DNA of 64,000 nucleotides from Candidatus Margulisiibacteriota bacterium (GTDB lineage Bacteria > Margulisbacteria > WOR-1 > O2-12-FULL-45-9). Shown piece by piece: positions 1-8,810 of the stretch. Where the stretch lies: contig JAYEOW010000040.1 of assembly GCA_034723395.1 (NCBI GenBank), forward strand, positions 782-64,781, read 5' to 3'. Position 1 is the first letter of the stretch; the number at the start of each line of letters is the position of its first letter. Under the pieces are notes generated by a model. The model searched no databases, was not told the origin of the DNA, and saw nothing but the letters and a program-made list of their open reading frames with translations. The translations under genes and the position numbers were made by a program.

Positions 1-2
1 GA

Positions 3-398
3 TTGCGCGGAAGCTTGAAAAAATTAAGGGCCTCATCCCTATTAACTAAAGATGAAGTTGTCGATCTGCCAAGATATCTGCAGGATATTTTATTGAAGGC
101 ATTGCAGGTTAAGCCCAGGCTCCGTTTTGCGACGATGGCCGAATTTCGTGAGAGCCTGGAGAAGAAAAATTTGGTTATTAAAACACCGGTAAACGAAGAG
201 TATGTGACAATTTTTGAAAATACGGTGAACCGGTTTGGGGAGGACAAAGACCAGGAAAAGGAGAAGGAAGAGGGGAAGGGAAATGGGGAGGGGCGAGGAG
301 GGATAAAGAAAGAAGTAGTTAGAAATATTGTTATTGCTTCGATCTTGCTGCTCTCCTTTATCTCTGGGCTCCTCTACGTATTTTTATTCGGGAGATAA
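3..398 (+). CDS. C-terminal fragment of a Ser/Thr protein kinase (5' end outside the window), ending in a hydrophobic TM segment
   Basis: Ends with the kinase C-lobe-like stretch LPRYLQDILLKALQVKPRLRFATMAEFRESL, a charged KE/G-rich linker and a TM helix IVIASILLLSFISGLLYVFLF. The ORF runs to the window edge. Confidence 0.5.
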   Translation: MRGSLKKLRASSLLTKDEVVDLPRYLQDILLKALQVKPRLRFATMAEFRESLEKKNLVIKTPVNEEYVTIFENTVNRFGEDKDQEKEKEEGKGNGEGRGGIKKEVVRNIVIASILLLSFISGLLYVFLFGR

Positions 399-399
399 A

Positions 400-1014
400 A
401 TGTTTGTTAGCTATACCAGCTCATATCTGATTTTTGTTATTGTGGTTTCGGTGCTGTTAAGTATCGCTTTTGCCAGGATGAAGCTCTCGTCCTTGCGGAT
501 CATCCTTCCGATCATCGCCGTGGTCCTCCTGGCGCCCCTATTTTTGGGTTATCTATATTTAACCTATTTTACAGCGATCCCTGAAGTGGTCGTTCCAGAC
601 CTGACAGGGAAAACGCTTGAGGTCGCGCTCGATGAGTTGGCGGAGTATAAATTAAAGGGGAAACGTGCCGGATCGGTTTTTGACATGAAGTTTCCTGAAG
701 GAAGGATCGTGTCGCAAAGTCCGGAGATCGGAAAGATGGTTAAAGTTGGCCGGACGATAAGCTTGATCACCAGTTCCGGCAAACAGAAAATATTCGTTCC
801 AAATTTATTAGGCCGGCCGGCGATCCAGGCCGAAGCGGTCTTAGTAGCAAAGGGGTTGCGATTGGGAAAAATTGCCCGGGAGATCGTTCCCGAAATAGGC
901 TCAGGGACAATCTTAACGCAAAGCCCGCTTCCCGGTGAAGAAGTTGATATTTCTAGTTTTGTGCACATAACGGTTACCGTTTCCCCAGAACCCGAAGTTA
1001 AGGAGGAAAATTAG
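400..1014 (+). CDS. PASTA-domain membrane protein (PknB-like extracellular sensor module encoded separately from the kinase)
   Basis: ATG at 400 is preceded by GGGAGAT. There are one to two N-terminal TM helices, then two PASTA-like repeats (PDLTGKTLEVALDELAEYKLKG...; VPNLLGRPAIQAEAVLVAKGLRLG...). It lies immediately downstream of the kinase fragment. Confidence 0.6.
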   Translation: MFVSYTSSYLIFVIVVSVLLSIAFARMKLSSLRIILPIIAVVLLAPLFLGYLYLTYFTAIPEVVVPDLTGKTLEVALDELAEYKLKGKRAGSVFDMKFPEGRIVSQSPEIGKMVKVGRTISLITSSGKQKIFVPNLLGRPAIQAEAVLVAKGLRLGKIAREIVPEIGSGTILTQSPLPGEEVDISSFVHITVTVSPEPEVKEEN

Positions 1015-1016
1015 AT

Positions 1017-1664
1017 ATGGCAATTGTTGCGCCGTCGATCTTATCGGCTGATTTTAGATGTTTAGAAAGTGAGATAAAAAAGGTTGAAGCCGAAGGGGCG
1101 GAATTGATCCATCTCGATGTCATGGATGGCCATTTTGTCCCGAATATTACAATCGGTCCACTGATCGTGAAAGCTGTTCGTAAATGCACGAAGCTGCCGA
1201 TTGAAGCGCATTTGATGATCGAAAATCCGGATAAGTATATCCCTGATTTTGCAAATGCCGGAGCAGATATTATTACCATCCACCAGGAGACTTCAAAAAG
1301 TATGATCGAAGACTTTGAGTTGATCAGGCAAAATGGGAAAAAACCGGCGATTTCGATCAATCCGGCAACTCCAGTTGAGACAATTCTTCCGATTTTAGAT
1401 CGAGTAGACATGCTTTTGATCATGTCGGTAAACCCGGGTTTTGGCGGGCAAGAATTTATGCCTGAAGTCTTACTAAAGATTAAAAAAATAAAGTCGTTAG
1501 TTGTTAGTCGTAAGTTGTCAGTTAATATAGCAATCGACGGAGGCATTAACCTCGAAACTGCGCCAAGAGCGGTAAGGGCTGGGGCAGAAATATTAGTTGC
1601 CGGATCGGCGATCTATCATGCCAAGGACTATAAGTCTGTGATTCAAAAATTTAAATCCTTATAA
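1017..1664 (+). CDS. rpe: ribulose-phosphate 3-epimerase
   Basis: ILSADF...HLDVMDGHFVPNITIGP and later MSVNPGFGGQ motifs, 215 aa, with an AAGGAGG RBS. Confidence 0.9.
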   Translation: MAIVAPSILSADFRCLESEIKKVEAEGAELIHLDVMDGHFVPNITIGPLIVKAVRKCTKLPIEAHLMIENPDKYIPDFANAGADIITIHQETSKSMIEDFELIRQNGKKPAISINPATPVETILPILDRVDMLLIMSVNPGFGGQEFMPEVLLKIKKIKSLVVSRKLSVNIAIDGGINLETAPRAVRAGAEILVAGSAIYHAKDYKSVIQKFKSL

Positions 1665-1734
1665 AATCCCCCCTCAAAAACTGAAATTTTTTACATTTGT
1701 TGCTGATAATATAATAGGTGTAAGGAGAAAAATA

Positions 1735-2688
1735 ATGAGAGTACGTTCTCAATCAATGTCGAGAAATAGATTATCGCTGGAGATGCGAAGATTTAGAGGT
1801 TGCATCCTGGGATCTGCAGCGGGAGACGCGCTGGGGGCGCCAGTTGAAGACATGACTCGTCGGCAAATAACCGGGCAATTTGGCAGGGTAACAAACTATG
1901 TTGATAATCCCCGGAAAAGTGTTCGGCCTGGGGAATGGACCGACGATACCGCCTTAACTTGGGCAACAATGAGTGCGATTGTCGATGGGGGAGAAGTTGA
2001 TGCTAAAAATATATCTTCGGCGATGAGGATGATGTTTGATTTGCATCCCGATCGCGGCTATGGCTTAACAACCAGAAGGGCTTTAAGCGGAGAGAAAGAT
2101 AGACACTTACGCCCCGCTAATGGGGCAGCCATGAGAATTGCCCCGGTAGCATTATTCTCTTGTTTGGATGTTGAAACAATGAGAACTCAGGTAATTGATA
2201 TAAGTCGGATTACACACAGACACCGCGATTCAATTGATGGGGCACTGGCAATTGCCTTTGCTATCGCTTCTGCGGCAAGAGCGGAATTGCAACCTAACAG
2301 GATTATCCTGGAGACGATTAGATTTCTTGGGGCAACAACAGAAATGAGTTATAAACTCCAAGAAGTGCAGGATTTATTAGATAATGAAGCGATCTCTACT
2401 GAGCAGGCTTTAGCGCATATTGGAACACGAAGGAATGTCCTAGAGTCGGTGGGGAGCGCTTTTTACGCATTCTTAAAATCCCCAGATGATTTTTATAGAT
2501 CTGTAACAGAAGCAGTTAATGCGGGAGGGGATACGGACACAATAGCCTCGTTAACAGGTGCTTTAAGCGGAGCCTATAACGGCCTAGAAGGGATTCCAAG
2601 GAAATGGGTGAATAACCTTGAGGCAAAACCAGCGATCGATGAATATTCACAAAGACTTTATGAGTCTGCTATGCTGCAAATTGCATAG
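1735..2688 (+). CDS. ADP-ribosylglycohydrolase family protein (DraG/ARH-like)
   Basis: GCILGSAAGDALGAPVE near the N-terminus and GGDTDTIASLTGALSGAY near the C-terminus, 317 aa. Confidence 0.75.
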   Translation: MRVRSQSMSRNRLSLEMRRFRGCILGSAAGDALGAPVEDMTRRQITGQFGRVTNYVDNPRKSVRPGEWTDDTALTWATMSAIVDGGEVDAKNISSAMRMMFDLHPDRGYGLTTRRALSGEKDRHLRPANGAAMRIAPVALFSCLDVETMRTQVIDISRITHRHRDSIDGALAIAFAIASAARAELQPNRIILETIRFLGATTEMSYKLQEVQDLLDNEAISTEQALAHIGTRRNVLESVGSAFYAFLKSPDDFYRSVTEAVNAGGDTDTIASLTGALSGAYNGLEGIPRKWVNNLEAKPAIDEYSQRLYESAMLQIA

Positions 2689-4183
2689 GATTTTCCCCGG
2701 AGTATCTAACCCGGATCCGACGATCGTTAAGGTTGAGTTCTTTTTCGATAAAAAATTCTATTCCGGTCTTTTCTATCCTTGCGTCTAATTCTGGATCGAG
2801 AATATCAAAAGCAATAACGTGGGTCGAGCGGTCTTGATATTCGGGATTAGCAATAAAAATTATATCGGCTGCTTCTTTAGGGCTTAATGATAAACCAGTT
2901 AGATATATCCCTTCTCTGACCTCACCGTTTTTGCTATGCGGTTGTGCATCTATTTGATTGTTTTGAGTTATTCTTGTGAAATTCTCAAGATTTGTATAGT
3001 GTTTGTAAAATCCAGGAATAGATTGTTCTTTTTCTTCCTTAGCGGCAATTTCTTCTATTCTATCAATAACCGATAAACCACCTAATCTTTTAACCATTAG
3101 CGGGGCAATCTCTCCATTTTCAGCTGATCGTAGAATATCTTTTAGGGCATTAATTTCGGCATTGCTAAGAAAGCTTTTCAATTTTATGTTTTTTATTCCG
3201 GCCCTTCTAAATGATCGGGCAATAAACCTCCCGTCATAATATTCAATCCCGCCAAATTCAGTTTGGTATTCCAAGGAGTCTTGTGAAAAAATTAATCTTA
3301 TTTCACGAGTATTATTCTGCTGTTGGATTAAAGTAACCAGTGAGGGAGTAAAGCGATTTAATCTTCGCATCTCATCGGTTAGTGGAGTTTGTGCCTCGCT
3401 TGCGTAATTAGTCATTGATATTTTATTTAGAGAAATTAGATGAGAATTATTTATTAATTGTAGAAAGAGCTCTGTTACACGGTTTAGTCCATTTCTTACT
3501 TTTTTTAGTCCGGGAATTGATCCGATATCTGCCTTAGCGATGACGGTGTGAATCAAAAAGAGCTGCTCAAGGGTTAGTGATTTGGGCATATACTTTTCAA
3601 AAACAGTTCTAATTTTAAAAAGACCTTCTGCGTTATTTGTTTTTCCGGAATAATAATCTTTTGACAAGTCACCTAAAAGGTCGTGGGACTTAATTAACAG
3701 CAGCGCAAAATCGAGCTCTTTGTCATTTAGTTCTCCGACCCCTGAAATAGACGGGTCCTTTAAAATATCCCGGGCAATCTTAGCTGATTTTTCTGGGTGG
3801 TTAGTATCGAAAGGGCCTTCTAATTTGCCAATATCGTGGTAAAGCATGGCGATCCTGATCAGTTCGATCAGCGACTTTTTAAATCCTGGAATTTTCGTTT
3901 TGTTGAGATGTTCGATGTCACCTGTATCTAGAAGCAGTAAGGCATTATAGGTGTGGCGCAGGGGATCAATCCCATCATGGGCATCATGTTGAGGTAAAAT
4001 TTCAAGATCTAGCAGTGGATTGCCAGCAGGGATCAAAAGTTTAAAATTCTTATATGAACCAAGAAGACGTTTAGAGATATTGTTCGATCTTAGTCCTAAT
4101 AATCCCTGCAGGCAAGCATTTGCCCGTTGTGACCTTCTTTGGGACCTTGATTGACAAAGTTTCGCTAATGGGCCGATACTCAT
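2669..4183 (-). CDS. HD-domain phosphohydrolase-like protein, function unknown
   Basis: LYHDIGKLEGP...HPEKSAKIARDIL is an HD motif. The likely ATG start is at 4183 (MSIGPLAK) with a GGAGG upstream. The gene converges on and overlaps the previous gene by about 20 nt. Confidence 0.55.
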   Translation of the reverse strand: MSIGPLAKLCQSRSQRRSQRANACLQGLLGLRSNNISKRLLGSYKNFKLLIPAGNPLLDLEILPQHDAHDGIDPLRHTYNALLLLDTGDIEHLNKTKIPGFKKSLIELIRIAMLYHDIGKLEGPFDTNHPEKSAKIARDILKDPSISGVGELNDKELDFALLLIKSHDLLGDLSKDYYSGKTNNAEGLFKIRTVFEKYMPKSLTLEQLFLIHTVIAKADIGSIPGLKKVRNGLNRVTELFLQLINNSHLISLNKISMTNYASEAQTPLTDEMRRLNRFTPSLVTLIQQQNNTREIRLIFSQDSLEYQTEFGGIEYYDGRFIARSFRRAGIKNIKLKSFLSNAEINALKDILRSAENGEIAPLMVKRLGGLSVIDRIEEIAAKEEKEQSIPGFYKHYTNLENFTRITQNNQIDAQPHSKNGEVREGIYLTGLSLSPKEAADIIFIANPEYQDRSTHVIAFDILDPELDARIEKTGIEFFIEKELNLNDRRIRVRYSGENPMQFAA

Positions 4184-4338
4184 GGTATTCTTTCGCCTCC
4201 TAATACATATCGACACTTTTTGCTCGAAATTTCACTTTTTTGGTACCTATTCAAGTATGAATACAACTCCACACTTCAGTATGGGGATTCATAGCACGCC
4301 TGAATAGTTATCTTTTTTGTGATAAAATATTAACCGCC

Positions 4339-5436
4339 ATGTGGTCTGAAGATGATATAAGGTTTATGCGTGAAGCGCACTCCCTGGCCGAATCTGCCGA
4401 AGGGAGAACAACTCCTGACCCGATGGTCGGGGCGGTTTTGGTCAAGGGTGGTCGCATTGTTTCTATGGGATATCACGGTGAAGTTACCACTCCCCACGCC
4501 GAAGCCTGGGCTATCCAAAAGGCCGAAAAAGAAGCGAAAGGGGCTACCCTTTATGTAAACCTTGAACCCTGTTCCCATTTTGGCAATAATCCTCCGTGCG
4601 CAAAACTGATTGCGGACGCCGGAATAAAAGAGGTCATCGTGTCGATGCGCGATCCAAATCCATTGGTGAGAGGGAAGGGATTCAGGATCCTTAAACGGGC
4701 AGGAGTTAAGGTTAGGGTCGGTCTGCTCGAGGAAGAGGCAAAACGTTTGAATGAAGTATTTATAAAATATATAACTACCAAAATGCCATTTGTCGCGATA
4801 AAAGCGGCGATGACTATCGATGGAAAGATAGCGACCAAGACCGGTGCCAGCCGTTGGGTGGCGGGAAAGGCCTCACGCCGTTATGCCCATCATATGCGCA
4901 ACAATTATGACGCGATCTTGGTCGGGCTCAATACGGTTTTGGTTGATAATCCGAAACTAACTGTAAGGTTGGTTAAGAAAATTAAAAATCCTATTAGGAT
5001 TGTTCTAGATGCTTATGCGAGGACACCGTTAAAGGCGGATGTTTTAGGTAATGGGGCGAGAACGATCATTATTGTTGGGCCTAGAGCTCCAAAGAAAAAG
5101 ATCGACGCCTTAAGAAAAAAAGGCGCAGAGATATTATCGATAAGAACAAAAAAAGCTAGGATCGACATGAAGGCCTTGATGAGGAAATTAGCAAAAATGC
5201 AGATCACCAGTGTTTTAGTCGAAGGTGGGGGAGAAGTGGTCGCCTCGGCGATTGAAGCGGGAGTTGCCGATAAAGCGTATTTTTTCCTTGCCCCCAAGAT
5301 CTTTGGCGGGAGAGATGCGAAGACAGGAGTGGAGGGGGAGGGAGTAAGATTTCCCTCACAGGCGGTTTGGTTAAGGAATGTTCATATAGAACACTTGGAA
5401 GAAAATATGCTGGTTACCGGATATCTTCAAAAATAG
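4339..5436 (+). CDS. ribD: bifunctional riboflavin biosynthesis deaminase/reductase
   Basis: The deaminase zinc motif HAEAWAI...LEPCSH is followed by a reductase domain, 365 aa. Confidence 0.9.
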   Translation: MWSEDDIRFMREAHSLAESAEGRTTPDPMVGAVLVKGGRIVSMGYHGEVTTPHAEAWAIQKAEKEAKGATLYVNLEPCSHFGNNPPCAKLIADAGIKEVIVSMRDPNPLVRGKGFRILKRAGVKVRVGLLEEEAKRLNEVFIKYITTKMPFVAIKAAMTIDGKIATKTGASRWVAGKASRRYAHHMRNNYDAILVGLNTVLVDNPKLTVRLVKKIKNPIRIVLDAYARTPLKADVLGNGARTIIIVGPRAPKKKIDALRKKGAEILSIRTKKARIDMKALMRKLAKMQITSVLVEGGGEVVASAIEAGVADKAYFFLAPKIFGGRDAKTGVEGEGVRFPSQAVWLRNVHIEHLEENMLVTGYLQK

Positions 5437-6812
5437 AGATCGCGCTCTCCTTTTTCGATCCTTTTTATTCGATTGACAACCTCATCGCGCAGTTTAGCGG
5501 ATTTCATCCCTTTAAGAGCATTATTAATTGCTTCTTCACCCTTTTTCTTTGTCTTTTCAGTTGCATAATCTTCCAGATATTCTTTTAAGGTAAGGATCGC
5601 GTTAGGTGTGCAGTAATTCTGGATAAACCCCGGCTTGGCCAGCTCCATAAAATGTTCGCCGGTCCGGCCCAGGCGGTAACAACCGGTGCAAAAGGACGGC
5701 GTGTAACCGCTTTCGCAAAGCTCGCGCATAACTTCATCCAAAGAGCGGGTATCGCCCAATTTAAACTGCTGCCGGTCGCTCTCTTGTTCTTCCAATTGTT
5801 CGGTGTAACCCTTGAGCTCTATCCGTGATCCCGCATCGATTTGAGAGCAGCCGAGCTCAATGACCTCTTTTCTGATTTTTGGGTTCTCTCTGGCGGTCAG
5901 GATCATCCCGGTGTAAGGGACGGCCAGGCGGATGATCGCGACAAGTTTTTTAAAATTGTCATCGCTTACAATATATTTATCGGATAAATTTACGTTCTGC
6001 GCCGGCTGGAGGCGTGGAAAAGAGATCGTATGCGGGCCGACATTGTATTTTTCTTCAAGATGGATAGCCTGGGAAAGAAGGCCCAAGACTTCAAACTTCC
6101 AATTGTATAGGCCAAAAAGAGCTCCGATTCCGACATCGTCGATCCCGGCCTCTTGAGCGCGGTCTAGCCCAAACAGGCGGTTGAGAAAATCTGCTTTCTT
6201 GCCGGAGGGGTGATATTTTTTATAGGTTTCCTGGTGATAGGTTTCCTGGAAGATCTGGTATGTGCCGATACCGACTTCTTTTAGCTTTTTATATCCTTCA
6301 ATCTCCATTGGGGCTGCGTTGATATTTACCCTCCGGATCTCCCCCCTGCCATTTTTTGTTGTGTAGGCGATCCTAACCGAATTAGCGATAAAATCGGCAT
6401 CATATTTAGGATGTTCACCAAAGACCAATATCAATCTTTTTTGCCCATTAGCCTCCAAGCTCTTTATCTCCCTTTTCAGCTCTTTGTCCAAAAGGGTCCG
6501 GCGTTTAACATCTTTATTTGAACAGCGGAAGGCGCAGTAGGCGCAATCATTTATACAGTCATTGCCGATATAAAGGGGAGCGAAGAGAACGATACGGTTT
6601 CCGTAAACTTTTTCTTTTAGTGTTTTTGCCCCTTTTAATATCTGGTTTAGTGTGTCGGTGTCAGTAACGTTCAGGAGGGCAGCGGTCTCTTCGAGAGAGA
6701 GCCTTTGTTTAGACAGGGATTTTTGGATAATATCTTTAACCTGCGATTTTTCAGGCCTGGTTTCTTTTAACAGGGTTTCAATCTTATTTTCGTCGATAAA
6801 TGATTTCATCAT
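5427..6812 (-). CDS. hydG: HydG-like radical SAM enzyme (ThiH/HydG family) with a C-terminal CxxC-x22-C domain
   Basis: N-terminal radical SAM motif CINDCAYC (Cx3Cx2C) in a LFAPLYIGNDC context. It is 461 aa (ThiH is about 370). The C-terminal CTGCYRLGRTGEHFMELAKPGFIQNYCTPNA matches the HydG auxiliary-cluster motif CxxCx22C. Confidence 0.7.
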   Translation of the reverse strand: MMKSFIDENKIETLLKETRPEKSQVKDIIQKSLSKQRLSLEETAALLNVTDTDTLNQILKGAKTLKEKVYGNRIVLFAPLYIGNDCINDCAYCAFRCSNKDVKRRTLLDKELKREIKSLEANGQKRLILVFGEHPKYDADFIANSVRIAYTTKNGRGEIRRVNINAAPMEIEGYKKLKEVGIGTYQIFQETYHQETYKKYHPSGKKADFLNRLFGLDRAQEAGIDDVGIGALFGLYNWKFEVLGLLSQAIHLEEKYNVGPHTISFPRLQPAQNVNLSDKYIVSDDNFKKLVAIIRLAVPYTGMILTARENPKIRKEVIELGCSQIDAGSRIELKGYTEQLEEQESDRQQFKLGDTRSLDEVMRELCESGYTPSFCTGCYRLGRTGEHFMELAKPGFIQNYCTPNAILTLKEYLEDYATEKTKKKGEEAINNALKGMKSAKLRDEVVNRIKRIEKGERDLYF

Positions 6813-8113
6813 CGGTTAACTCCCAGGTCGGTCGGGGCGCGCCCCATTCCCCGCAAAATAGCAAGAGTGGTCTCGATCTGCTGCTGGATCGATTCGGCAG
6901 CGTGCGCACGGTTGGGGTAGATCTCATAGTTCGGTTTAAATTTATCCGGGGTTACATTGAGCATTACCGAATTGGCTCCCGCCATCAAGCCTTGTTCCCG
7001 GGCCTTTTTATCCAAAGTCTCAAAACCGGTGGTGACCAGGATCTTTGCATTTTTAGCGTCGTTAAGCCGGGAGACAGCTAAAATCTTTAATACATTTTTG
7101 GTTGTCGGGGGAGGGGTATCTTTTAAAATACTTTCCGGATGAGGGATAAAGGGGCCGAAACTATACATTTCGGTGTGGAGCCTTTTGGCCAATAATATAT
7201 CGGCCAATAGATCTTCTTTGGTCTGTCCGGGAAGTCCGGCCAGCCCTCCGGTAATGATGAGGTAGCCCATTTTATAAGCGGCCTCGATGTGCTCGATGCG
7301 GGTGCGAAGGGTCCGTCCGGGGTGAAGTTGATTGTATAAGGATGGATTGCTGGTCTCAAAGCGCATCAGCAGTCCCCGCGCTCCGGCATCATATAGTTTT
7401 TGCAGGCCTGGGATGCCAACCTCGCCAAAGCTGATAAAGATCAAAACTGCGTGTTTTGATTTGACCGCTTTGATAATATCGGCCAGATCATCAACGGAAA
7501 AATAGTTATCTTCACCGCTCTGGAGGACCAACGCCTGGAAGCCGTGCTTTTCGACCGCGATATCGGCTGCTTCCAGGATCTCTTCCTTTGACATCCGGTA
7601 GCGATTTATACTCTTATTGGAATTTGCAATGCCGCAGTAATGGCATCCCTGCGAACAGTAATTAGATAATTCGATGATCCCGTGCACGCAGCAGGAATTG
7701 CTAAGGTGTTTTTGGCGAAGGAAGTTAGCCGATTTGTACAAAAGCTCGAGCTCTTTATCTTTTTCGAGGTTTAGCAGGTAGAGAAGTTCCGCATCCTTCA
7801 ACGGCAGGTCTTCCAATGCTTTGTCCAGGATAAGCGATAACTTTTTATCGGCTCCGCTCTTCTCAACATCAATGCGAGAGAGACGGAGGTCGAGCTCCTG
7901 CAGTTCAAAGAAGGTCTCTTTCCAGGTGGTGAGGATGGATATCGCTTCAGTTTGGGGGATGTTTTTTATTGCATAGCCCCCCTGGGCATAGATATAGTCG
8001 CCTACTTTAAGGTCGTCCAGCTCATTGATAGCCTGCTTGGTCTCTCCAAAATAGGTGAGGGTGATGATCTTCCCGTCGATTTTTTCGACCTTTCCCGGGA
8101 TGGCGTAACACAT
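6809..8113 (-). CDS. hydE: fusion protein: N-terminal HypC/HupF-like domain plus a HydE-like radical SAM (BioB family) domain
   Basis: The N-terminus MCYAIPGKVEKIDG...VGDYIYAQGGYAI matches the HypC signature (MC-AIP, VGDY..V..G.AI). It is followed by CSQGCHYCGIANSNKSINRYRMSKEEILEAA...LVLQSGED (Cx3Cx2C with a YCG..N...RYR HydE-type context). The 434-aa ORF is continuous and starts 4 nt after the stop of the HypA-like gene. Confidence 0.65.
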   Translation of the reverse strand: MCYAIPGKVEKIDGKIITLTYFGETKQAINELDDLKVGDYIYAQGGYAIKNIPQTEAISILTTWKETFFELQELDLRLSRIDVEKSGADKKLSLILDKALEDLPLKDAELLYLLNLEKDKELELLYKSANFLRQKHLSNSCCVHGIIELSNYCSQGCHYCGIANSNKSINRYRMSKEEILEAADIAVEKHGFQALVLQSGEDNYFSVDDLADIIKAVKSKHAVLIFISFGEVGIPGLQKLYDAGARGLLMRFETSNPSLYNQLHPGRTLRTRIEHIEAAYKMGYLIITGGLAGLPGQTKEDLLADILLAKRLHTEMYSFGPFIPHPESILKDTPPPTTKNVLKILAVSRLNDAKNAKILVTTGFETLDKKAREQGLMAGANSVMLNVTPDKFKPNYEIYPNRAHAAESIQQQIETTLAILRGMGRAPTDLGVNR

Positions 8114-8115
8114 AA

Positions 8116-8358
8116 TTATTCACAGTCGAAAGATACCAGTCTAAGCTCCCTGGCATCGCTATTTTCGATCTCAACTTCTGCTCCTTCGACAATCGTCCCT
8201 TTTGTCTTTTCCTTAAAAAAGTGAAGTAAGATCTCGGGATTGATTTCTGTATATTTGCCCATTTTTATATAGACCTTACATATCTTTTTGGCATTATTTT
8301 CCTCGCCACGTTTAATAATATCTCCCAAAAGATCTTTTAACAGGTGCATTTCATGCAT
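8116..8358 (-). CDS. hypA: HypA-like hydrogenase nickel-insertion protein, N-terminal domain only (no zinc finger)
   Basis: MHEMHLLKDLLGDI...GAEVEIENSDARELRLV parallels HypA through the EIEEVP region. The ORF stops after 80 aa with a single Cys. The two CxxC pairs of canonical HypA (about 113 aa) are absent. Confidence 0.5.
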   Translation of the reverse strand: MHEMHLLKDLLGDIIKRGEENNAKKICKVYIKMGKYTEINPEILLHFFKEKTKGTIVEGAEVEIENSDARELRLVSFDCE

Positions 8359-8810
8359 TTTAACAACTCCTCCGCGGCAACCTTAACCTCACCGCTCATT
8401 TTTTCTCCAAGTGCAATATTTTTGGATTGAACTCCAATAAATAAAACTTTCGATCCGGTGTCATCGGCAATGATCTTGCTGATAACTCTTAGCGGAAAGG
8501 CGTGAGTGCTTAAGGTGCTATCAGGGATCGCTTCTTCCGGGATTATTCTTACTTCTCCAGCCGCCCCTCCAAAATCGGCCGCGTCGATAATAACCGTTTT
8601 TGCCGGTTTATAATCAACCGCCTTATCAACAACATTTTCCGGTTTATCTCCCGCATCTAAGAGAAGATAGCCATTACCGGTTTGTTTGAATTTGCCAGCG
8701 ATATAAGGACCGAGTCCATCATCAGAGCGCAGGGAGTTTCCCACGGTGATGATGAGCGTAATTCCTGCTTTAGACGCTTTAAGGGCCTCTTTTACTTCAG
8801 AGGTTAACAA
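8337..8810 (-). CDS. hydrogenase maturation endopeptidase (HycI/HyaD/FrhD family)
   Basis: ITVGNSLRSDDGLGPYIA matches the GNxLxxDDGxG protease motif. It lies directly downstream of the large subunit and uses a non-ATG (TTG) start overlapping the large-subunit stop. Confidence 0.75.
   Translation of the reverse strand: MLTSEVKEALKASKAGITLIITVGNSLRSDDGLGPYIAGKFKQTGNGYLLLDAGDKPENVVDKAVDYKPAKTVIIDAADFGGAAGEVRIIPEEAIPDSTLSTHAFPLRVISKIIADDTGSKVLFIGVQSKNIALGEKMSGEVKVAAEELLKCMKCTC

Noticed and set aside
1062-1546. Antisense ORFs overlapping rpe (182 aa and 73 aa) and many similar minus/plus-strand ORFs inside long genes (for example 9575-10360, 10954-11484, 37364-40945 and 53094-53512)
   Set aside because: They are fully embedded in well-supported genes on the opposite strand, with low-complexity or Ser/Arg/Pro-rich translations typical of antisense frames. 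They are treated as spurious.
4217-4338. Possible FMN riboswitch in the 120-nt leader of ribD
   Set aside because: The gap is too short and lacks the conserved FMN-element blocks (for example the GGATGGC / GGGCAG-type stretches and the five-stem layout). It looks like an ordinary AT-rich promoter region.
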